Below, piece after piece: positions 1-8,300 of a DNA stretch of 17,500 nt (positions are counted from its first letter, which is position 1; each line of letters opens with the position of its first letter). The DNA is from Octopus sinensis (taxonomy: Eukaryota): the NCBI RefSeq assembly GCF_006345805.1, contig NW_021824784.1, positions 1-17,500 on the forward strand, written 5' to 3'. A program made the position numbers and the translations under genes. A model generated the notes under the pieces. That model was not told where the DNA came from. It was given only the letters and a program-made list of their open reading frames with translations, and made no database searches.

Positions 1-227
1 GATTTTACTCGTGACAAACAGAGCCGGTCCGTCGAATCAGCCGTGTCGGCATTGTAATGAATAGGAAATCTGTAGATTGCGTTACATTCTACTTCATTCT
101 TTGCATAAATTATTATCTGTCTGGATTGAGAACTTTGACTAATCATATATTTTCTCATCCGCTTTGTTGCAAACTTAACAGATGTGTTTATCTATGGAGA
201 GAGAAAGAGGCAGCGAAAATATAACAA

Positions 228-425
228 TCTTTTCTACTATAGTCACAAGTCCAGAAAATTTTGGGACATCGATTCCATTCCTTGGCTGATAGTTTATATA
301 TTAGCCAACAAAAGGACGAAGGCCAAAGTCGAACTCGTGGAAATTTGAACTCAGAACGGAAAGACGGACGAAATGTCGCCAAGCGTTTTCGTTTGTCGTG
401 CTAACGATTTTGCCTGCAAGCCGCC
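228..425 (-). mobile_element. Degraded tRNA-type SINE, family A (my label)
   Basis: The reverse complement begins ggcggcttgcaggcaaaatcgttagcacg...ttctgagttcaaatttcc and aligns by eye with the intact copy at 9699-9928. Confidence 0.75.
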
Positions 426-530
426 TTTAAGCACTGAATAAATTATAATAAATAATTATACCGCTATCCAACTTAATATCTCTGGCGTACTGAGTGGAGG
501 TGGAAAATCGTTTAACTATTGCAAACTGGG

Positions 531-627
531 TATATATATAATATATAATATATTATATATGTATATATATATATATATGATAATATATATATATCTATAT
601 ATAATTATATATATATATTATATATAT

Positions 628-675
<48 letters not shown>
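531..675. repeat. (TA)n microsatellite
   Basis: Near-pure TA dinucleotide run. Confidence 0.95.
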
Positions 676-679
<4 letters not shown>

Positions 680-801
680 CATGGGTTTGATGATGCAAAT
701 AGGAAAAAATATAACTCAAAACATGAATTCATAAATATATATACGACGCTTTTGAAAAGCGGTGCTAAATTTTACAATTCTGTAAAAAAAAAAAAAAATA
801 A

Positions 802-863
<62 letters not shown>
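802..863 (+). repeat. (AAT)n microsatellite
   Basis: About 20 AAT units preceded by an A-run. Confidence 0.95.
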
Positions 864-1381
864 GTTTTGTCTTGGTATAAAAGATGGGCTACAGCAAATA
901 TTCTGCTCAATACCACAGATTTGCTTGTCAGTTGTTTGACCTTAACCAGTTGAGCATGTCCCTTAGTGGCTGACGATATGTGCATCTCTGATCACGAGCA
1001 GAAGTAGTGGGGGAGCATCATAGCCATGTGTTGAGAAGGATTCTTTGGGGTTTGAATAATTCACCTCTGGAAACATGGGTGTTTCGTTCAACGTCCTTAA
1101 ACAACCCTTATTCAGGGACCTTTTGAGCGGGATGGGTTACTCGATCTGAAGATAATTCTAACTGGGCCCCACCTGCAAGGTCATGTGCTGTTTATCTTGA
1201 TATGAGATCACCATGTCGCGCACATATGGTTGTGATGCATGTGCCTGGTGTACCCTTATCAGACGGGTAGTGATGATGGGTATACTGGGCTTCGTGTATT
1301 TTACCCCGGTGTCACTTTGATGGCATGCTCTGCTCGCTCACTCAATAATAATAATAATAAAAATAATAATAATAATAATAT
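864..1381 (+). mobile_element. Retroposon-like insert (~480 bp plus (AAT)n tail) embedded in an AAT microsatellite; possibly a 5'-truncated LINE 3' end (Dong/R4-like) or a SINE
   Basis: A complex, higher-GC block at 864-1343 ends ...ctcgctcactc followed by (AAT)n at 1344-1381, and is flanked upstream by (AAT)n. No long ORF. The family assignment is inference. Confidence 0.6.
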
Positions 1382-1514
1382 TTTATATGCTTAAATCTGT
1401 TGAGGGCTTATATGCCCCAATATAAGATTATTTTCTTTAATCAATACAATGTATTCAGGATCGATAAATTACATTATCATTTAAGTTCTGGTGGTCGATG
1501 TCTCGTGATATTCT

Positions 1515-1745
1515 TCCGAAGTTTTATGGTCTAGGTTCAAACCTGGTCAAAGCCAACATTCACTTTTCATCTTTCTAAGATCGGTAAAATACCAGTCATG
1601 TTACTGGGTTCATTGGTATCGAATTAGTACCCTTCCCTTCTCCCCCCATCCGCCAAAAAAAAATTGTTTTCATCCTTTCGAGGTCGATGTACTCACCCTC
1701 TACCCTTAAAACTGTTGGCCTTGTGCCAAAATTTGGAACAACTAT
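1515..1745 (+). mobile_element. Degraded SINE family A copy or fragments
   Basis: Contains ggttcaaacc (B-box-like), ttttcatcctttcgaggtcgat and the 3' ggccttgtgccaaaatttg, all shared with the 9956-10158 copy. Confidence 0.6.
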
Positions 1746-1776
1746 TCAGTGGTAAACTTCGCTGATTAATTAATCT

Positions 1777-1832
<56 letters not shown>

Positions 1833-1881
1833 ACAGAAGCAGAAGCAGAAGCAGCAGCAGTAGTAGTAATAGTATTAGTAA

Positions 1882-1916
<35 letters not shown>

Positions 1917-1980
1917 ACAAGCAGCAGTAGCAGTAGAAGCAGCAGCAACAGCAGCAGCAGTAGCAGCAGCAGCAGCGGCG

Positions 1981-2014
<34 letters not shown>
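1777..2014 (+). repeat. Compound (AGT)n/(AGC)n/(AGAAGC)n microsatellite
   Basis: Direct reading; it explains the poly-Leu and poly-Thr ORFs on the minus strand. Confidence 0.95.
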
Positions 2015-2152
2015 ACATTTCAGTCGCCAGGAAGTGAGAACCTAACATTCATTGAGTTAAACTTGTTTACGATGAAATTTCATAATTGCTACATTGTTTT
2101 AAATTAATATAATATAATATAATTAACATAAACCAATTAAATTTTCATTTGC

Positions 2153-2209
2153 ATTTATTTATTTATTTATTTATTTATTTATTCATTTATTTATTTAATC
2201 TCTCTTCAG
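2153..2209 (+). promoter_or_regulatory. 3' splice acceptor region: (ATTT)n tract, pyrimidine tract and CAG
   Basis: (ATTT)~11, then taatctctcttcag, directly before codon-like sequence in the ligand frame. Confidence 0.85.
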
Positions 2210-2304
2210 ATTTCCCAAGAGAAAACGTGGAATCTAAACTGGATCAAGCTAACGACAATAAGAATAATAACAACAATAATAATAATAACAACAACAACAA
2301 CAAC

Positions 2305-2357
<53 letters not shown>

Positions 2358-3162
2358 CCCAAATCTGGTGTTTGCCATGAAGTTACAACATCCTAAAGAT
2401 CCGCTAATGGAGACTATAATCCGATCAGCAAAGTTACACATTTATAAACGAGGAGGCAAAATGGATGCCTCGAACGAATCCTCTAGTCTTGATTCATTAA
2501 TGGAGGTCAACGTGTATCACGTGACTGCCGATTCGAACACAAGCGAAACCAAACGAACTCTTGTCGACACGAAAATCATCGACTTCAGAGAATCCGGTTG
2601 GGTGATATTTAATATCCAACAAGCCCTACAAAACTGGTTAGACGGACCTACAAAGAAAGACGGATTACTCAGACTGCAGTTGTCCAGCAAAGCCTGTACG
2701 AAAGACCTACATCGTATTTTCCAAGTAAATCGACTGATGAAAAGATCTTTGCGCGACCAAGAACCGCGACTGAACGTAAAGACGTCGGAAAGGTTAATCC
2801 TAGGAAGAGTGAAGAGAGACATCCACACTGGCGATTGCGAGAAGGGTGACGGAGAGACGCAGTGCTGTCGCTTTTCGCTGAAAATCGACTTTAAGGAACT
2901 TAGCTGGGACGACTGGGTGATAGCGCCCACGTCATTTAACGCATACTATTGTGAAGGCGATTGTGGAAGCAGTCGGTTAGCGAACGACTGGGCTCTTGTA
3001 AAGAATTTAATCCACCAAGCGAACCCGGAGAAGATGCCGGTCGGTGTGTGTTGTGTACCGAACGAGTACAAAGGTTTAACGTTGCTGCATTATAACAACG
3101 ACGGCCAACTGACGCTATCAGAGAAACAGAACATGGTCGTGCAGGACTGTCGATGTCGATAG
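2210..3162 (+). CDS. Terminal coding exon of a TGF-beta superfamily ligand, activin/inhibin-beta/myostatin(GDF8/11)-like branch (partial gene; 5' exon(s) upstream of the window)
   Basis: Acceptor ttatttaatctctcttcAG ends at 2209 (phase-1 intron; the first exon bases AT complete a split codon). The frame is open to TAG at 3160-3162. The prodomain has typical strands (IRSAKLHIY, VNVYHV, LVDTKIIDFRESGWVIFNIQQALQNW, EPRLNV). RVKR at 2806-2817 is followed by a 114-aa mature domain with 9 Cys: C..CC...WDDWVIAP..FNAYYCEGDC...CCVP...MVVQDCRC. The TTG start at 2149 in the ORF track is read-through of the intronic (ATTT)n tract. Exact orthology is not resolved, so no symbol is given. Confidence 0.95.
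2263..2358 (+). repeat. In-frame (AAT/AAC)32 microsatellite encoding poly-Asn in the prodomain
   Basis: 32 consecutive AAT/AAC codons; the longest pure AAT run is 16 codons (2305-2352). Confidence 0.95.
2818..3159 (+). other. Mature TGF-beta cystine-knot domain (after the furin site)
   Basis: DIHTGDCEKGDGETQCCRFSLKIDFKELSWDDWVIAPTSFNAYYCEGDCGSSRLANDWALVKNLIHQANPEKMPVGVCCVPNEYKGLTLLHYNNDGQLTLSEKQNMVVQDCRCR. The N-terminal C-x8-CC is diagnostic of the activin/myostatin/TGF-beta branch rather than the 7-Cys BMPs. Confidence 0.93.
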
Positions 3163-3194
3163 AGTACACGTTCACACACCATTACCCACGCTCC

Positions 3195-3510
3195 TTTTCA
3201 TACATACACACACACACACACATATATACGTGTACATATAAACACACACTTAACTCATTTTCACACACACACACATACACACACACATATATATATATAT
3301 ACATACATATATACGTGTACATATAAACACACACACACTTAACTCATTTTCACACACACACACAAACACACATATATATATACATACATATATACGTGTA
3401 CATATAAACACACACTTAACTCATTTTCACGCACACACACATACACACACACACACATACACATATATATATACATATATACGTGTACATATAAACACAC
3501 ACTTAACTCA

Positions 3511-3556
<46 letters not shown>

Positions 3557-3925
3557 CGTGTATATATAGACACATACACATACCACGCAACATTTTACAG
3601 ATGCACACACACACACATACATAAACACGCACACACACACACATATATATATACATACATATATACGTGTACATATAAACACACAACTCATTTTCACACA
3701 AACATAAACACATACACACACACACACATATATATATATACATACATATATACGTGTACAGATAGACACATACACATGCCACACAACGTTTTACACATGC
3801 ACATACACACATACACACATGAACACACACACACATATATATATGCACGTGTATATATAAGCACATATACATATACACATATAAGTGATTATTTTCACAC
3901 ATTCATATACAATTACTTGTACATA
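3195..3925 (+). repeat. Minisatellite of ~8 units (~80-110 bp) directly after the stop codon; core TATACGTGTACATATAAACAC..TTAACTCATTTTCAC with variable (CA)n/(TA)n
   Basis: The core recurs at about 3225, 3310, 3391, 3478, 3553, 3662, 3749 and 3846, with unit length varying through the embedded dinucleotide runs. Confidence 0.9.
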
Positions 3926-4025
3926 TACACACACAATCACACAGAAAGTGCTGACAACATGGCGATCTCCACTTCACAGCGCGCACGCACACACACACAC
4001 CACACACACACACACACATCTATAT

Positions 4026-4031
4026 ATTAAA
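4026..4031 (+). terminator. Candidate poly(A) signal ATTAAA (first variant signal I found after the stop)
   Basis: Motif only; no transcript evidence. Confidence 0.25.
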
Positions 4032-4064
4032 ATGCTGAAGTTGCGATAATTTCCACTTCACAGA

Positions 4065-4160
4065 AATATATATATGTATGTGTGTATGTATGCATATACA
4101 CACACATATACATACATATATATATATCAAAATAAGAAACAAGGATATACCTTGTGTATA

Positions 4161-4205
<45 letters not shown>

Positions 4206-4275
4206 TATATCTGTATATACGTATCTATATATGTATGTATATATGTATATATATATATATGTATATATGTATATA

Positions 4276-4333
<58 letters not shown>

Positions 4334-4380
4334 GTGTATGTATGTATGTATGTATGTATGTATGTATGTATCTATGTATA
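4065..4380. repeat. (TA)n/(TG)n/(TATG)n compound microsatellite
   Basis: Direct reading. Confidence 0.9.
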
Positions 4381-4583
4381 TTAATAATACAATAATAATT
4401 GTAGATTTAATGCAATCCCTTTCATTCTGGCGGAAAGGGCAACGAAGTAATTTTGGAACAACACACAGAAACCAACAATGGAATTATTATTATTTACATG
4501 AAAATCTCGTTCCATGGAACATATTTCCTTTCTCTTTCACTTTTTTTTTCCATTCTTGCCTTCTTTTTCTCCTCTAGTTTTAT

Positions 4584-4615
4584 TTGATGACGGGCAAAAG
4601 CCCGAAACGTCAAAG
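4584..4615 (+). ncRNA. Minimal type-I hammerhead-ribozyme-like motif of the Penelope-element kind (degenerate)
   Basis: TTGATGA-C-GGGC-AAAA-GCCC-GAA-ACGT-C-AAAG: core (C3 replaced by U), perfect stem II, palindromic ACGU stem III (dimer type) and a GUC cleavage triplet. Stem I is imperfect. Confidence 0.6.
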
Positions 4616-4721
4616 TTTTGTTCCTCTCTTCATTCCAGCGTGAAACTAATATCACAACTGTGTATTTCCAATGCACGTTTGTTTTTATGTGTTGTTTTTG
4701 AAATTACTTAGCTGGATATGG

Positions 4722-5385
4722 ATACATACACACACATATATATACACACATATATGTGTGTCTGTGTGGATGTGTGTACATATATATATATATATAATAT
4801 CTGTTATATACATATACATATACATACATATATATGTATATATATATATTTATACACTTATATATATATGTATATATATATATACACACTTATATATAAT
4901 ATTTATAGTTTATATATATATATACACATATATAACACTTATGTTATATATGTATATACTTAAATATATGTATATATATATATATTTATATACACTTATA
5001 TATATGTATATATATACACTTATATTTTATATGATATATGTATATTTGTATTATATATATTTATATATTATTATATATTTATATATTATATACACATATT
5101 TATATATTTATATATTCTTTACATATATCTAGCTATATATGTATACATATATATATGTATATATGTATATATATATGTGTGTGTGTGCGTGTGTGTGTAT
5201 GTATGTATGTGTATGTATGTATTACATACATATTTATAATTTATAAATATGTATATATACGTATGTATGTATGCATGTGTGTGTGTGTGTGTGCGTGCGT
5301 GTGTGCGCGCGTGTGTATGCATTTACATATATCTATATACATATATTTATGTGTGTGTGGATTCTTACATGCATTATATACACTC
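4722..5385. repeat. (TA)n/(CA)n/(TG)n low-complexity tract
   Basis: Direct reading; source of several YI/CV-rich artefact ORFs. Confidence 0.9.
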
Positions 5386-5457
5386 AGAAACATACGATAA
5401 TATACTGTCACACATCCAATGATTAATGCAAGCATGATATACACCTACACAAAAACA

Positions 5458-5463
5458 AATAAA
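5458..5463 (+). terminator. Candidate poly(A) signal AATAAA (first canonical hexamer I found after the stop)
   Basis: Motif only; I saw no AATAAA between 3163 and 5457. Confidence 0.3.
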
Positions 5464-6115
5464 AGCGTGCCTTACCATCGAGATGGTTAGCTAAGTTCTG
5501 TATAGGAATTCCTACGCTATGGCCAAAATGCTTAGCTATCTGCCGTCACAATCGAAATGATTTGGCTAACGATCACTAACTCCAGCATGGCCCTCTAAAG
5601 ATTTCTACCATCCTGATGGTTTAAACAATGATTGTTAACATCCTGGTTGTTTATTAAACGTTATGTTATTATCACGATGATTAGATAATGACTGCTCGAT
5701 GGTAAGATACAAATAGAAAAACACACGTACGTATCAACACCCAAACATGCACACATACGAAAACCAAAAAAGAATGCAAAATTGAGGAACTTGTTGTCTT
5801 TAACTTATTTAGTGGCGGGTAAGTCACCGAAACCGGTTTCTGTTTCAATTTGGTACCGCTTCTTGAATGTCGCCAGTGCCGTTGTGAAAGCCATGAACAC
5901 CACAAACCCTCTTACCCTTCTCCCTATGAAACCTCAGGCTACAGAACCTGTCTGAACAGTCGTTATTAAATTATTCTTTCTCCCATTCAAAAGCAAATTG
6001 GAAATACAATAAAATAATTATTAAAAAATATATATATATAAATATACAAATAAATAAAGAAAAGCGAAAAAAACTATCTTCGTTGTTGTGTTTATTATTG
6101 TAATTAGTAGAAGTA

Positions 6116-6297
6116 GCTCGGCTGGCAGAATCGTTTGAGCATCAGATGAAAATACTTTGCGGTATTCCGTCTGATTCTCAACGGTCTGAGTTCAGACCTC
6201 GCCGAGGTCAACCTTCATTTTGATCCTCTCGGGGTCGATAGTTTGGGTTAAAGTTCTCTCCTCAAAACTGCTGGCAGCCTTATGCTAAAATCAGAAA
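6116..6297 (+). mobile_element. Degraded SINE family A
   Basis: ggctggcagaatcgtt...gagttcagacctcgccgaggtcaacc...ctcggggtcgata matches family A. Confidence 0.7.
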
Positions 6298-6391
6298 TTC
6301 TCATTGAAATTAGTCACAAGCATTTAAGTTCCCGATTTCAATATTTCCAAGGTTGTCGTTGTCTTCATCATAAACCCTGGGACATTATTGT

Positions 6392-6641
6392 TACAAGTCC
6401 AGAGTCTCATAAAGTGCGTTGCCCGGGTTCCATGGCGTATAAGTGATCGAGATCAAGATTGCAACATTTCCCATGGATGGGAAGCTAGTCCATCGCAATG
6501 TTACTCCTTTACAGCTGAATGAACTGCAGCAGTGTGAATTTAAGCATTTAGCCCAAGAACGCAACGCATCACCAGTCTGGAAATCGAAACCTCGATCATC
6601 GGATTATGAGTGCAACAGTCTAACCACTAGGCCACGCGCCT
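6392..6641 (-). mobile_element. tRNA-type SINE family C (my label), degraded
   Basis: The reverse complement starts aggcgcgtggcctagtggttagac (A-box) ... gaggtttcgatttcc (B-box). It shares ccatggcgtataagtga(t/c)cgagatc with 14020-14270. Confidence 0.75.
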
Positions 6642-6856
6642 TTACTTTCTTCTTTATAAAGGATCAGTAAAATAAAGTACCATTTATATACCAGGGTTGA
6701 TATAATCAACATTTGCTTTCCAAACTATCTGGTCTTGTACCCGAGATTTAATTTTGCAATTTCATCTATTTGTGATCATTTAAATGAGTACCAGTCATGT
6801 ACTGGTGTCCATTAAATTGATAGTGAGCCTCGCCGAAAAACTTGTGGTATTTCCCT

Positions 6857-7157
6857 GGTCACGACAACGAGAGTTCCAGTTGATCCCATCAAGAGAACAA
6901 CCTGCTCGTGAAATTAACGTACAAGTGGTTGAGTACTCCTCAGACAAGCGTACCCTTAATCTCAGGGAGATTTAGCGTGATACAGAATGTGACATGGTTG
7001 GCCCTTTGATATACACGTACTACTCATTCTTGCCATATGAGTGAACTGGTGCAACGTGAAAAAAAAAGTGTTTTGTTCAAGGACACAACACGTCGCCGGG
7101 AATCGAACTTACGACCTTACCATCGTGAGCCCGAATACCCTAACCACTCAGCCTTCA
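6857..7157 (-). mobile_element. tRNA-type SINE family C variant
   Basis: The reverse complement head is ggctgagtggttaggg...gtaagttcgattcccggcgacgtgttgtgtccttgaacaaaacac. The 3' part (gtggttgagtactcc...gtgaaattaacg) is shared in reverse with 11620-11725. Confidence 0.75.
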
Positions 7158-7664
7158 CATAATGGTATATTACCAATGTTAAAAATGTTATTTTTGTATT
7201 TAATCATGCATTTCTAAGTTCTAATTTCACCAGTGTGTTTTCCCTTTCATTATTATGGGGGTCGCTAACCGTCCACCCCGCCTAACAGACGTTTCAGTTA
7301 TATATTGGGATCAATTTAATTATTTTCACCCTTACCTTAGAATATTTGATCTTCCTCCCCATGCCAAGGTAAGCAATCGTTGCTACGTCCCTTTTTCTAT
7401 CGCAAGTTCAAACTTCGGCTCAGGACCTGGCTTTTCTTCTTTCCAAAGCCAGTTCACATCATTGGCGACATTAATGCTTTATCAGAAAAGCATGAACATC
7501 ACACAACACAATCTTACTTACGTCTTTTCTATTCAGCCAGATGGTGGTGGAGTAGATTTAAAACGGCCTCTACTCTTCAACGAATTATTTGACAAAGCAC
7601 CAAAAGTCTCACCTGAACGCAACACGATATCAATCAACTTAGTCATCACCTGTCTACCTCACTT

Positions 7665-7718
7665 TCTCCCCTCTCTCTCCACCTCTCTCTCCCCTCTCTC
7701 TCTCCCCTCTCTATCACC

Positions 7719-7752
<34 letters not shown>

Positions 7753-7960
7753 TCTCTGAGATACTGACACACTTATCTCTAGAAAAGTGACTTGGTTTTC
7801 TCACTCTTGCTCTCTCATTCTCTTTCCCTCTCTTTCTCTTTCTCTCTCTCTCTCTGGGGGTACTGACATACTCTCTCTGTGTTTGTTTCTCTCTTACTCT
7901 CTCTCACACACCATCTCTTCCTGAGATAGTGAATCTCTCTGTCCCTTTCTCTCTCTCTCT

Positions 7961-7994
<34 letters not shown>

Positions 7995-8200
7995 TTCTCT
8001 GTGTCCCTCTCTCTGGGTTAAAGATTCTCTCTTTCTCTGCCTCGCATTCGGTCTCTCTCTTTCTCTCTTTGCCTAATTGTTTCTCTCTTCTCGCCTTCCT
8101 CTCTCTCCCTCCTTCCTTTCTCTCTCCCTACCTCTCTCCCTCTCTCTCTCATTCTCTCTTTGTCCTCTCTGGGCTAAAGACTTTCTCTCTATATTTAGCA

Positions 8201-8242
<42 letters not shown>

Positions 8243-8300
8243 ATTAACGAGACTCTCTTTCTATCTCTCACTCTCTCTCTCTCTCTATCCCTCCCCCTCT
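7665..8300 (+). repeat. Long (CT)n-rich polypyrimidine tract with recurring CTG(G/A)G spacer motifs
   Basis: About 630 bp, mostly C/T. Spacers include ctgagatactgac, ctgggggtactgac, ctgggttaaagatt, ctgggctaaagact and ctggattaacgagact. Confidence 0.9.

Noticed and set aside
1269-1320. C-box-like GTGATGA suggesting an intronic C/D snoRNA
   Set aside because: No CTGA D-box or terminal stem at a suitable distance, and it lies within an interspersed repeat.
1693-1948. Poly-Leu and poly-Thr ORFs
   Set aside because: Translations of the (AGT/AGC)n microsatellite.
2149-2209. N-terminal MHLFIYLFIY... of the 337-aa ORF read as a signal peptide
   Set aside because: It is a TTG-initiated read-through of the intronic (ATTT)n tract upstream of a good splice acceptor. 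The true start exon is outside the window.
2263-2358. A-to-I recoding of poly-Asn codons (Asn to Ser) creating glycosylation sequons
   Set aside because: There is no long complementary (ATT)n tract on the sense strand in this window to form the needed duplex; unsupported without RNA data.
2244-3175. Minus-strand ORFs 2244-2441, 2517-2930 and 2936-3175
   Set aside because: Antisense shadows of the ligand exon with no recognisable motifs.
3195-3925. CRISPR-like repeat-spacer appearance of the post-stop array
   Set aside because: The spacers are variable-length CA/TA runs rather than unique sequences, the context is eukaryotic, and no cas genes are present.
3339-5444. Cys/Val/Tyr/Ile/His-rich ORFs resembling metallothionein- or keratin-associated-like proteins
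   Set aside because: Translations of (CA/TG/TA)n repeats.
5515-5600. Short SINE-like words (aatgcttagc, ctccagcatggcc)
   Set aside because: Too fragmentary to delimit or orient as an element.
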